Part shown: positions 38,535 through 48,069 of the stretch, in pieces | Layout of the letters: each line of letters starts with the position of its first letter | Position numbering within the stretch: the stretch's first letter is position 1 | Source of the DNA: a plasmid | Length of the DNA stretch: 64,000 nucleotides | Sequence record: NZ_LR134467.1 | Reading direction: 5' to 3' (one strand) | Translations under genes and position numbers: made by a program | The notes under the pieces: generated by a model | What the model was told of the DNA's origin: nothing | What the model saw: only the letters and a program-made list of their open reading frames with translations | Database searches by the model: none

Positions 38535-39461
38535 GTGGGTACATTGACCGGTATGAGCAGTCCGAGCACCACGCCGGGACCGACCTCCGACGCGGAGATC
38601 CCCGTCTACCTGGAGTCCCTCGGCATCCCCGGCCTCGCCGACATCCACGTGCACTTCCTGCCCGAGCCGATGCTGGTCAAGGTGTGGGACTTCTTCGACC
38701 GCGCGAGCGCCGAGTACGGCCGCGAGTGGCCCATCCGGTACCGGTTCGACGAGGACACCCGGCTGGAGCTGATCCGCGGCATGGGCGTGACGGCGATCCC
38801 CGCGCTCACCTACCCGCACAAGCCCGGGATGGCGGTGTGGCTCAACGAGTGGTGCGCCGAGTTCGCGCGCCGCGTGCCCGACGGCATCCACTGCGCCACG
38901 CTCTACCCCGAGCCCGGCGTGGGCGAGTACGTCGCGCAGGCCGTCGCCGACGGTGCGCGGTTGTTCAAGATGCACGTCCAGGTGGGCGTCTTCGCGCCCG
39001 ACGACCCGCTGCTGGATCCCGCCTGGGAGGTGCTGGCCGCGGCGAGGATCCCGGTGGTGATCCACGCCGGCTCCGGCCCCGTCGAGGGCCCGTACACCGG
39101 CCCCGACCGCGTCGGCGAGGTGCTGCGCCGGCACCCCGAGCTGACACTCGTCATCGCGCACCTCGGCATGCCGGAGTACGACCGGTTCGCCGACCTCGCC
39201 GAGCGCTTCCCCCACGTGTACCTCGACACCACCATGGCCGCGACCGACTTCACCGAGCGGACCGCCCCGATGCCGCCCGGATACGTCGAGCGGCTCGGCG
39301 CGCTCGCCGACAAGGTGGTGTTGGGCAGCGACTTCCCCAACATCCCGTACGAGTACGCGCACCAGCTCTTCGGGCTGGCGCGGCTCGGCCTCGGCGACGA
39401 ATGGATGCGCAAGGTGCTGTGGCACAACGGCCGCGCCCTGCTGGAGCGCGCGGGCGCCTGA
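38535..39461 (+). CDS. amidohydrolase-2 (TIM-barrel metal-dependent hydrolase, ACMSD/LigW-like) family protein
   Basis: 308 aa (ADIHVHFLPE..., VVIHAGSG..., IAHLGMPEY..., VVLGSDFP). The start may be the ATG at 38553. Confidence 0.8.
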   Translation: MGTLTGMSSPSTTPGPTSDAEIPVYLESLGIPGLADIHVHFLPEPMLVKVWDFFDRASAEYGREWPIRYRFDEDTRLELIRGMGVTAIPALTYPHKPGMAVWLNEWCAEFARRVPDGIHCATLYPEPGVGEYVAQAVADGARLFKMHVQVGVFAPDDPLLDPAWEVLAAARIPVVIHAGSGPVEGPYTGPDRVGEVLRRHPELTLVIAHLGMPEYDRFADLAERFPHVYLDTTMAATDFTERTAPMPPGYVERLGALADKVVLGSDFPNIPYEYAHQLFGLARLGLGDEWMRKVLWHNGRALLERAGA

Positions 39462-39475
39462 GCACGGGCCGTACG

Positions 39476-40756
39476 ATGGCCCTCATGCAGATCCGGCGCG
39501 CCGCGGTGGCGCTGTTCGTCGCGGGGACCCTCGCGGCGTGCGGCGGCGCACCGTCGGCGCCCGAGACCCTGTCGCTCGAGCGGTCCAAGACCGCCTTCGA
39601 GCAGGTGGGGATCGACGAGACCCGCGACGACGTGACCGCGCTGGTCTCCACCGCCACCCGCGTCGGCGCGCGGCTCGCGGCGGGCGACCCGCGCGCGGCG
39701 AGCACCGCCGTCTCCCCCTGGTCGGTCCTGAGCCTGCTGGGCATGCTCCGAGCCGGGGCGCAGGGCGAGACCGCCGCGCAGCTCGACGGTGCCGGGCTCG
39801 GCGCCGCGAAGAACCTCCCGCGGGCGATGGCGGCTCTCACCGGCCAGGCCGCGCAGTGGGCGGGCGATCCGGGCACCGTCCCCACGGGCACACCGCCCGC
39901 GTCGCCGCTGTTCCAGTCGCAGGTCGCGCTCCTGACGGCCAAGCAGCCCGAGGACCGGCGCGTCCGGTCCCCGTACCTGGACGCGCTCGCCGCGAGTTAC
40001 GACACCGGCGTCTACCCGGTGGACTTCGGCCTCGGCGTGGGCGAGCCGCTGGGCGAGTGGGTGGCCGTGAACACCGGCAGCAGCCTCACCGCGGCGCCGC
40101 TGCGCACCGACGCCGACACGCGCCTCGCCGCCGCGACGACCGCGTACCTCGCGGCCGCGTGGCGCTTCCCGTTCGACGCCGCCCGGACGCGGCCCGCGCC
40201 GTTCACCGCCGCCGACGGCGCCGTTCTCGACCCGCTCACCATGCGCGGCACGGTGCCCGCGCGGGTGGCCGCGGGCGAGGGCTTCACGGCGTTGCAGCTC
40301 GACTACGGCACCACGCTCGCACTGCAGATCGTGCTACCCACCCCCGGGACGCCGCTCGCCGACGCGGCGAGCGAGGGCCGGTTCACCGCGGCGCGGATCG
40401 CGCTGGCGGGGGCACCGTCGACGCCGCACGAGGTGAGCCTGCCGAAGTGGCGCACCAGCACCTGGACCGGGCTCGCCGATCCGCTCCGGGACGCGGGCCT
40501 GACGGCGCTGTTCGCGGGCCCCGGCCTCGACGGCGTGGCCCCGGGATCGCCGTCGCTGGCCGACGCCCGCGCGGCGGCCGTGCTCACCGTCGGAGAGAAG
40601 GGCACCGCCACCGACACCGCGACCGCGGCGCCGACCCCGGAGCCCGCGCCGGGCCCCGCGCCCTTCGTGGTGGATCGGGCCTTCGCGTACTCGGTGGTCG
40701 ACACGGCGACAGGGATGCCCCTGATGATGGGGACGGTCAACCGGCCGGGCGCATAG
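39476..40756 (+). CDS. serpin (serine protease inhibitor) family lipoprotein
   Basis: Lipobox signal (FVAGTLAACGG), an N-terminal serpin block (AVSPWSVLSLLGML) and a C-terminal serpin signature (PFVVDRAFAYSVVD) after an Ala/Thr-rich RCL-like stretch. Confidence 0.8.
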   Translation: MALMQIRRAAVALFVAGTLAACGGAPSAPETLSLERSKTAFEQVGIDETRDDVTALVSTATRVGARLAAGDPRAASTAVSPWSVLSLLGMLRAGAQGETAAQLDGAGLGAAKNLPRAMAALTGQAAQWAGDPGTVPTGTPPASPLFQSQVALLTAKQPEDRRVRSPYLDALAASYDTGVYPVDFGLGVGEPLGEWVAVNTGSSLTAAPLRTDADTRLAAATTAYLAAAWRFPFDAARTRPAPFTAADGAVLDPLTMRGTVPARVAAGEGFTALQLDYGTTLALQIVLPTPGTPLADAASEGRFTAARIALAGAPSTPHEVSLPKWRTSTWTGLADPLRDAGLTALFAGPGLDGVAPGSPSLADARAAAVLTVGEKGTATDTATAAPTPEPAPGPAPFVVDRAFAYSVVDTATGMPLMMGTVNRPGA

Positions 40757-40846
40757 CCCGCACACCACCTGTTGGTATTGCAAATCCACATTCCTTCCAG
40801 CGGTTATCTTTTCACCAAAGTCTCGACTTCACGTTAAGGTTGAGGC

Positions 40847-42127
40847 ATGACCATGAAGCTGACCCGCCCGCTCCGCGCGGCGGCCCGTTCGGCGTGGGCC
40901 CTCACGGGCACCGCGCTGCTCGCCGTGCTGATCGCGCTCGTCGCGGGCGGCGCCACCTTCCTCATCGCCGCGGGGACGACTCCGCCCGCGCCGGCCCAGG
41001 AGCGGGAGAACGCCGAGAACACGCGCGTCGCCCTCAAAGCCGCCGACGAGTCGCGCGCGCTCTTCGGCCTACTGTCCAACGCCGTGGTCTCCGCCGGGAA
41101 CGGCCTGAACACCTCGGCCGGCTCGGTCCCGCAGATCTTCGACAGCGTCGACACCGCCAAAACCGGTGCCGAACAGCTGGTCTCGGGCCTCGACGAGGCG
41201 TCCTCGCTCTCCGCCGCGCTGGGCCAGGTGAACCGGGCGACCGCCACGCTCACCGGCGCCCTCGAGCGCACGCAGGGACTGCAGCAGGTGGCGGCGGGCA
41301 CCCGCGCGGCGCTCGTGGCACTGCGCGGACGGCTGATCGAGCACCCGTCGCCCGGATCGGCCGAGGCCGTCGCGCAGCTCGACCGCGCGCTCGCCGGCTC
41401 GAAGGGCGTGGGCGCGCTCGACGACGTGGCCGGGATGCGGAGCACGCTCTCGACCATGACGAGCAGCCTGAGCAGCGCGTCCGCCAACGCCGACGCCTCG
41501 CTCACCTCCGCCCGCAGCGCCGCCCGGCAACTGCGCGACGGGCTGACCAAGCTGGCCTCGGCGCGCAAGGACGTCAACGCCTCCGTCACCAACCTGACCA
41601 CCGGTGTGGGACAGCTGAAGACGGCGCTCGGCGCCATCGACGGCCAGCTCGCCCTCACGCAGACCCGGCTGCGGTCCGTGACCAGCGCGCCCGCCCCGGC
41701 GCCGGACCCCGGCATCGCGCGGCCACTCGCCTGGGCGCTCGTCGTGGGCGGCGCGGCGGGCACCGTCACCTACCTGGCCGCACTCGCGGTCGCCCATCGT
41801 CTGCGCCGCCGGGAGGCGGTCGCCGTGGAGGCGGCGGAGGCCGTCGAAGCCGCGACCGCGGACCTGGCCGAGTCCGATGAGGCCGCCACCGAGGCCACCC
41901 CCGCCGAGGAGGTTCCCGCCGCGGGGCACCACCGGGTTCTGCCGCCGGCCGACGAGGCCGCGGGGACGCCCTCGCGGAGCCCGCCGCGGAGGAGGCACCC
42001 GAGGATTCCGAGGGCACGGCGCTCACGCCCGGGAAGCGGGCGAAGCACCGGCGCAACCGGTTCCGGCCCGCCCCGGCGCCGGACACCAACCCGTACCTCT
42101 CGGTGGCCTTCTCGGGCAGCGCGGGCT
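40847..42127 (+). CDS. two-TM membrane protein with a long Ala/Ser/Leu-rich helical ectodomain, with an apparent 1-nt frameshift at a G-run around 41962-41965
   Basis: A coding frame with high GC3 runs 40847 to about 41965. After that a different frame has high GC3 and a plausible protein (DALAEPAAEEAPEDSEG...NPYLSVAFSGSAG) ending at 42127, 16 nt before the convergent imuB stop. The intact ORF 40847..42367 ends in Arg/Pro-rich noise overlapping imuB by 224 nt. Confidence 0.5.
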
Positions 42128-42143
42128 GAGCCGGTCGGCTCCT

Positions 42144-43736
42144 CTACTCGTACACGCCCTCCACCTCCCAGCCCCCGGCGTACTGCAGTAGCAGGGCCCG
42201 GCCGTCGTCGCGGCCCGGCGCGGGCTCGAGCAGCACCTGGGCGCGGGCCCGGGGCTCGGTGGCACCGTCGGCGGCCCACCACCGCTCGTCGACCAGCCAC
42301 GGCCCCGCCCACCAGCGCAGCGACCAGTCGCGCGAGCCCCACACCAGGTGCGTGGGCTCACCCGTGAAGGCGCCGCGCTCGGTGACCCGCACGGCGGCGC
42401 CCGCGGCATCGGTCATCGTGACCGCGGCGCCCGTGACCAGAACCGACGGTGCCGGCTCCGGCATCCGCCCGGGCCACGGCGCGGCCGGATCGCGCTCCGG
42501 GACCACCTCGTCGCCCAGCGGCACCCAGGTGACCCGCTCGGCCGGGCCGCGACCGCCGCTGCGCACCCCCATCCGCACCGCCTCGCCGCCGAGCAGGCCC
42601 TGCACCCGGACCAGGGCGCGGCGGAACCGGGCGGCACCGTCGGCCTCGTCGCCCCACATGCCCGCCTGCAGCGCGCCGGCGTCGACCACCTCGACGGGTT
42701 CGAGCCGCAGCAGGGAGATCGGGGCGCCCGGGCCGCCGTCCCCGTCCCGCTTCGCGGACCGGCCGCCGGTGAGCCAGCCGTCGATCTGCCAGCGCACGCG
42801 GTCGGCCGTGCCGTCCGGGGTGAGCGGCTCGGCGCAGCGCCAGATGCGGCTGTGCCGTTCGCCGTTCTCGGCGATCGCGGAGACCTCCAGGCGCAGGCAC
42901 GCGACGCCGGCCGCGGACAGCTTGCCGTGCAGCTCCGCGGCCAGGGCGCGGCCGGCGAAGGCCGCCGCGTCGACCCGGTCGATCGGCGGGTCGGGCCGCA
43001 GCTCCACCTCCAGCCCGGGCGGCAGGGCCGCGGTGGACGGCGGCCGGTCCGGCACCGCGCGGGCCTGCCGGTGCGCGGCGATCGCGTCGGTCCCGAAACG
43101 GGTGGCCACATCGGTCGCGGAGAGCGCCGCGAAGGCGCCGACGGTGCGCAGCCCCAGCCGGCGCAGCAGGTCGAGGAGCTCGGTGCGGTCGCCGCCCGCG
43201 AGCGCGGGTTCGGCCCCCAGCTGGGCGATGGGCAGCGGGGCGAGGAAGGTCGCCGACTCCCCCGGCGGGACGACGGTGCCGCGGCGGGCCGCCAGGGCCG
43301 CGGTGAAGACCTCGTCGGCGATGCCGGCGAGCGACTCCGCGCCCACGGAGGAGGCCGCGTCCACCAGGCGCTCGGCGGCCTGCTCCTCGCCGCCGAAGAA
43401 GCGCGCCGCGCCGCGCGCCGGGATCACCACGAGCCCCGGGCGCAGCACCTCGATGAGCGGGATCAGGGCGGCCACCGCGCCGGCCACGGGCTCGAAGAGC
43501 CGCGCGTCCCGGCCCTCGTCGGCCTGGGCGACGTGCAGTCCCGGGCAGCGGGCCTGGGATTCGCGGCGCTTCATGCCGCGGCGCACACCGTCGGCCCGGG
43601 CGGGGGCGTTGCAGGCGACGACCCGGTTGCCGTGCAGGACGGCGACGGGGCGGTCGGGCGGCAGGTCCGCGTCCGCCGCCGCGGCGGCCGCCGGCCAGTC
43701 CGGGCACCACAGCGCGAGGATACGCTGCGCGGTCAC
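42144..43736 (-). CDS. imuB: ImuB (Y-family DNA polymerase-like mutasome component)
   Basis: 530 aa with an ImuB-type N-terminus (MTAQRILALWCPDWP). Adjacent to imuA' and dnaE2. Confidence 0.85.
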   Translation of the reverse strand: MTAQRILALWCPDWPAAAAAADADLPPDRPVAVLHGNRVVACNAPARADGVRRGMKRRESQARCPGLHVAQADEGRDARLFEPVAGAVAALIPLIEVLRPGLVVIPARGAARFFGGEEQAAERLVDAASSVGAESLAGIADEVFTAALAARRGTVVPPGESATFLAPLPIAQLGAEPALAGGDRTELLDLLRRLGLRTVGAFAALSATDVATRFGTDAIAAHRQARAVPDRPPSTAALPPGLEVELRPDPPIDRVDAAAFAGRALAAELHGKLSAAGVACLRLEVSAIAENGERHSRIWRCAEPLTPDGTADRVRWQIDGWLTGGRSAKRDGDGGPGAPISLLRLEPVEVVDAGALQAGMWGDEADGAARFRRALVRVQGLLGGEAVRMGVRSGGRGPAERVTWVPLGDEVVPERDPAAPWPGRMPEPAPSVLVTGAAVTMTDAAGAAVRVTERGAFTGEPTHLVWGSRDWSLRWWAGPWLVDERWWAADGATEPRARAQVLLEPAPGRDDGRALLLQYAGGWEVEGVYE

Positions 43737-44464
43737 TGCGCCGCCGCCCTTCGACGCTGCTCGGCGCCCCAGTGCTGCTCAGCGCCCCGCTGCGGGTTGA
43801 CGCAGCCGCGGCCGCGGGCGGAGAAGACCAGGTCGATCCCGCGGATCCGGCCGCGGCCCGGCCGGGTGCCGAGGCCGGTGTAGCCCTGCACGCGCGCGCC
43901 GAGGTGCAGCGCGGCGCCCTCCCACCGGCCGCCGGTGACCAGCAGTACCGAACCCCGGGAGCGGGCCCGGGCGGCGATGGCCCGGCCGCGACTGGGAGGC
44001 ACCGCGATGCCGCCCAGCTCGCACAGCACCACGTCGGCACCGTCGAGCAGGATCGAGGCGACGGCCACCGGATCCGCGAGCGGGCCGGCGATGAGCGCGA
44101 TGCGCTCCGGATCGGCCCCCTGTTCGAGTGCGGCGGCCATGCCGAAGCCGGACACGCCGCACAGCGCGACCCGCGCCCCGGCCCGCGAGACGCCGGCCAC
44201 CAGCGAGACCGCGAGCGAGCCGGCGCCCGCGACCTCCGCGACCGTGCCGCGGGGCAGGCCGCCGCCCGGCAGCAGCCGGGCGAGTTCCTCGTGCACCGGG
44301 AGCACGCCCATGCCGAGCTGCGCCGACTCATCCTGCAGCGGCGCCTCCACGGGCGCCCGCGCCTTCGCCGGACGATGCCTCTCCGGCAGCGCCGCGAGCC
44401 GCTTGCGCAGCTCCGCGAGCTTCTCCTCGCGGCCCCCGGCCAATGCCTGAACACGTGCGGACAT
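43733..44464 (-). CDS. imuA: ImuA' (RecA/SulA-like mutasome component)
   Basis: 243 aa. The stop overlaps the imuB start. A LexA box lies upstream. Confidence 0.7.
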   Translation of the reverse strand: MSARVQALAGGREEKLAELRKRLAALPERHRPAKARAPVEAPLQDESAQLGMGVLPVHEELARLLPGGGLPRGTVAEVAGAGSLAVSLVAGVSRAGARVALCGVSGFGMAAALEQGADPERIALIAGPLADPVAVASILLDGADVVLCELGGIAVPPSRGRAIAARARSRGSVLLVTGGRWEGAALHLGARVQGYTGLGTRPGRGRIRGIDLVFSARGRGCVNPQRGAEQHWGAEQRRRAAAQ

Positions 44465-44540
44465 GTGTCACACCCCTCCCCTACCTTCGGATCCCGCGTC
44501 ACCGATCAGTGCGGAAGCCGAGCCACGGGGAAGACATGAC

Positions 44541-44556
44541 TAGAACTTCTGTTCGA
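44541..44556. promoter_or_regulatory. LexA SOS (Cheo) box tAGAAC-ttct-GTTCGA
   Basis: GAAC-N4-GTTC core with 14 of 16 matches to the mycobacterial TCGAAC-N4-GTTCGA consensus, 77-92 bp upstream of the imuA' ATG. Confidence 0.6.
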
Positions 44557-44700
44557 TCTGATCTCAGCGTAGATCCGCGATCCGAACGGCGTCAAGCGCC
44601 GAGGTAGGAGAGGTTCCGAACGGGGATGCGGGCAACGCATCACATGATCGCCGCAGGTCAGGGGCAACGTCGGCGGCACGGGCGTCAGCCCGGACAGAAC

Positions 44701-44736
44701 GACGGCGGACCGCCCCGTCGGGGGCGATCCGCCGTC
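44701..44736 (-). terminator. terminator-like hairpin downstream of the amino acid permease
   Basis: GACGGCGGACCGCCCC-gtcg-GGGGCGATCCGCCGTC: 16-bp stem with one mismatch. Confidence 0.45.
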
Positions 44737-44753
44737 ATCGAGCGAGCGGGAGA

Positions 44754-46259
44754 TCAGCCCACGCGGTTCGGATCGTGGTGCGCGGAGGCCGCCGCGACGG
44801 GCGACAGGTCCGCGGTCTTCGGGTCGACGGTGGGCGTCTTGGTGATCAGCTTGTGTCCCCACCACAGCCCCAGGAACAGGATCAGCGCGGCGTACGTGGT
44901 GAGCAGCAGACTGACGCTGCCTCCCGTGTCGGAATCGGTGACCGCGACGTAGTACTGCCCCGCGACGACCGCGACACACATGAGGAGCGCCACGATCGGA
45001 CCCGCGGGGTACAGCCACGCCTTGTAGGGCAGCTCGTCGAGCGAGCGCCCCTGCGCGTTCCACGCCCGGCGGAACTTGTAGTGCGCCCACGCGATCCCGA
45101 TCCAGGTCACGAACCCGGCCACGGACGAGGCCGCGACCAGCACCGTGTACGCGGCACCATCGCCCTTCGGGCCGGCGAGGAAGCACAGGCACCCGATCAC
45201 GGTGGTCGCCGCCGTGGCGGCGATGGGAACGCCGGCCTTGGTCACCTTGGCGAAGATCTTCGGCGCGTTGCCCTCCACCCCCAGGCCGTACAGCGCGCGC
45301 GTGGCGGCGAACAGGCTGGCGTTGCCGGCGGAGAGGATGGCGATGAGGATGACCGCGTTCATGATCGACGCCGCGGCATCGATGCCCGCGAGCTTGAAGA
45401 CCAGCGTGAACGGCGCCACCGCGACGTTCTCCGCCGAGGCGTCCAGGAGCTCGGGGCTGGTGTACGGGATGAGGAAGGCGATGATCGTCAGCGTGCCGAT
45501 GTAGAAGACCAGGATCCGGAAGAAGACGGTGCGCACCGCGCGCGGGATGGCGCTCTTCGGCTCGATGGCCTCGCCCGCCGCGACCGCGATCATCTCCGTG
45601 CCCTGGAAGGCGAAGCCCGCGATGAGGAAGACCGAGAGCATGCCCAGCGGCCAGTCCACGAAGGGCGCGTCGCCGATGGTCCAGTTGGAGAAGCCGGGAG
45701 ACGGGCCGTCGCCGACCACGCCCAGCACCATGAGCACGCCGACGATGAGGAAGATCACCACGGCGATCACCTTGATCGACGCGAACCAGAACTCGGCCTC
45801 GCCGAAGGCCTTCACCGCGAACAGGTTCAGGGCCAACAGGCCGGCGAGGAAGATCACCGACCAGATCCAGGTGGGCACGTCGGGCAGCCAGAACTTCATG
45901 ATCAGGCCGGCCGCCACCACCTCCGCGGCCAGCGTGATCGACCAGTTGAACCAGTAGTTCCACCCGGCGGCGAAGCCGAAGGACTTACTGACGAACCGGC
46001 TGCCGTACTCCTCGAACGGATTACTGCACGGCATGTACGCCGACATCTCGCCGAGGCTCTGCATGAGGAAGAAGACCATGACGCCCATGAGCGCGTACGC
46101 CAGGAGGGCGCCACCGGGGCCGGCCTGGCTGATCGTGGCGCCGGACGCCACGAACAGGCCGGTGCCGATCGCGCCGCCGAGCGCGAGCATGCTGATGTGG
46201 CGACTCTGCAGTCCTTGGCGGAGGGAGTCATCGGGGGTGATTCCAAGAGGGCTGGACAC
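44754..46259 (-). CDS. amino acid permease (APC/AAT family)
   Basis: 501 aa with 12 TM helices and an N-terminal AAT-family signature (ISMLALGGAIGTGLFVASG). Confidence 0.9.
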   Translation of the reverse strand: MSSPLGITPDDSLRQGLQSRHISMLALGGAIGTGLFVASGATISQAGPGGALLAYALMGVMVFFLMQSLGEMSAYMPCSNPFEEYGSRFVSKSFGFAAGWNYWFNWSITLAAEVVAAGLIMKFWLPDVPTWIWSVIFLAGLLALNLFAVKAFGEAEFWFASIKVIAVVIFLIVGVLMVLGVVGDGPSPGFSNWTIGDAPFVDWPLGMLSVFLIAGFAFQGTEMIAVAAGEAIEPKSAIPRAVRTVFFRILVFYIGTLTIIAFLIPYTSPELLDASAENVAVAPFTLVFKLAGIDAAASIMNAVILIAILSAGNASLFAATRALYGLGVEGNAPKIFAKVTKAGVPIAATAATTVIGCLCFLAGPKGDGAAYTVLVAASSVAGFVTWIGIAWAHYKFRRAWNAQGRSLDELPYKAWLYPAGPIVALLMCVAVVAGQYYVAVTDSDTGGSVSLLLTTYAALILFLGLWWGHKLITKTPTVDPKTADLSPVAAASAHHDPNRVG

Positions 46260-46309
46260 CCGATGAGAGTAGCGACCCCGACACCACTCCGGTTAGCATT
46301 CGCAGCGTC

Positions 46310-46858
46310 ATGTTCTCCTACGACACCCGATCCGCCCTCGCGAGCGCCGCCGATCTGGTCAACACCGCCCCGGACGCGCGCACGGAGCGCCCCGAGCGCC
46401 TGCCCGACGTCGCCGCGCTCCGCGCCTTCGTGGAGCGCTGGGGCTGGACCGGCCCCATCCCGCTGCGCGACGACGAGCTGGATCGCGTGCACGCCGTGCG
46501 CCGCGTCCTGCGCGGCCTGTGGGACCTCGCGGGCGACGAGGCCGGCACCGTCGACCTGGTGAACCGGATGCTGCGCGACGCGGCGGTCCTGCCCCAGCTC
46601 GTGCGGCACGACGACTGGCCGTACCACCTGCACGGCTGGAACGACGCGACGCCCATCGCGGAGCGCTTCCTCGCCGAGCCCGCGATGGGCATGGTCGACG
46701 TGGTCCGCGCGGGTGCCCTCGACCGGCTGCGCCGGTGCGCCGCGCCGGACTGCGCCGGGGTGCTCGTGGACTTCAGCCGCAACAGCTCCCGCCGCTTCTG
46801 CGACGACGGATGCAACAACCGCCTGAACGTGGCCGCGTACCGCGCGCGCCGGGCCTGA
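46310..46858 (+). CDS. CGNR zinc-finger (ABATE domain) protein
   Basis: C-terminal CAAPDC...FCDDGCNNRLNVAAYRARR zinc finger. Confidence 0.8.
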   Translation: MFSYDTRSALASAADLVNTAPDARTERPERLPDVAALRAFVERWGWTGPIPLRDDELDRVHAVRRVLRGLWDLAGDEAGTVDLVNRMLRDAAVLPQLVRHDDWPYHLHGWNDATPIAERFLAEPAMGMVDVVRAGALDRLRRCAAPDCAGVLVDFSRNSSRRFCDDGCNNRLNVAAYRARRA

Positions 46859-46875
46859 CCCTTAGGATCAACGGC

Positions 46876-48057
46876 GTGGCGGAATCGACGGGTGCGGGCG
46901 GAGCGATCAGGGGCGTTCCCGGGCCCGATTACCTGGTCGCCGGGCGTTACCGCCTGACCTCCAAGATCGGCGGCGGCGGCATGGGCGCCGTGTGGCTCGC
47001 GCGCGACGAACGCCTGGACCGCGACGTGGCCGCCAAGCAGGTCATCTCCACCGAGGGCCTCACCCAGGAGGAGGCCGACGAGCTGCGTCGGCGCGCCCTG
47101 CACGAGGGCCGGCTCGCGGCCCGGCTGCAGCACCGCAACGCCGTCGCGATGTACGACGTGGCCCTCGACCGCGGCGAGCCCTGGCTGGTGATGGAGTACC
47201 TGCCCTCGCGCTCGCTCGCGCAGGTGCTGCACATGACCGGGTCCATGCCCGAGCGGCAGGTCGCGCAGATCGGCGCGCAGATGGCCGACGCCCTCATCGA
47301 GGCCCACGAGTCGGGGATCATCCACCGCGACATCAAGCCCGGCAACATCCTCATCGCGAACCGGGGCCGCGCGTCCGGCACCGTCAAGCTCTCGGACTTC
47401 GGCATCGCGCGGGCCAAGGGCGACGATGCCGGGCCCACCGGGATCATCACCGGCACGCCCGCCTACTTCGCGCCCGAGGTCGCCCGCGGCACCGAGCCCT
47501 CCGAGGCCTCCGACCTGTACTCGCTGGGCGCCACGCTGTACACCGCGCTCGAGGGTGCGCCGCCGTTCGGCGTCGACGAGGACTCGATCGCGCTGCTGCA
47601 CAAAGTCGCGCTGGGACAGATCAATCCGCCGAAGAACGACGGTCCGCTGATCCGCGTGATCCTGGACATGCTGCAGCCGAGCCCGAAGCGACGTCCCTCG
47701 CTCACCGACGCCCGGGACCGGCTCGCCGCGGTCGCGGCGGGCGGCGGCAACCCCGCCGCGATCCTCACCGCCCCGCTGCAGGCGACCGAGGGCGCGCCCG
47801 CGGTGTGGCTGCGGCGCACCGCCGGGGAACGCTCGTCGAGCGCCTCCGGGGATCGTGCGGCGACGGCGCGCACGGCATCGTCGGGCCCGATCGAGCGCAA
47901 GCGGCCCATCCCGCCCGCACCACGGCCCAGCACCTACGTGCCGCCGCCCGTGGCGCCGCCGTCGGGGATGTCGAACACCGTGCTCGCGGTGTGGATCATC
48001 GGCGGCTTCATCGTGCTCGCCGCGATCATCGCCGGCGTCATCATCGCGCTGGGCTGA
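46876..48057 (+). CDS. serine/threonine protein kinase with C-terminal TM anchor
   Basis: Hanks-kinase motifs (GGGGMGAVWLA, HRDIKPGNIL, DFGIA, GTPAYFAPE) and a C-terminal TM helix. GTG at 46876 is the first start after the upstream stop. Confidence 0.8.
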   Translation: MAESTGAGGAIRGVPGPDYLVAGRYRLTSKIGGGGMGAVWLARDERLDRDVAAKQVISTEGLTQEEADELRRRALHEGRLAARLQHRNAVAMYDVALDRGEPWLVMEYLPSRSLAQVLHMTGSMPERQVAQIGAQMADALIEAHESGIIHRDIKPGNILIANRGRASGTVKLSDFGIARAKGDDAGPTGIITGTPAYFAPEVARGTEPSEASDLYSLGATLYTALEGAPPFGVDEDSIALLHKVALGQINPPKNDGPLIRVILDMLQPSPKRRPSLTDARDRLAAVAAGGGNPAAILTAPLQATEGAPAVWLRRTAGERSSSASGDRAATARTASSGPIERKRPIPPAPRPSTYVPPPVAPPSGMSNTVLAVWIIGGFIVLAAIIAGVIIALG

Positions 48058-48069
48058 GCCCCGCTCCGG

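Noticed and set aside
40847-42367. Accepting the intact 506-aa ORF as the product
   Set aside because: Its last 135 aa are Arg/Pro-rich with low GC3 and overlap imuB by 224 nt. A +1-shifted frame has coding GC3 and stops cleanly at 42127.
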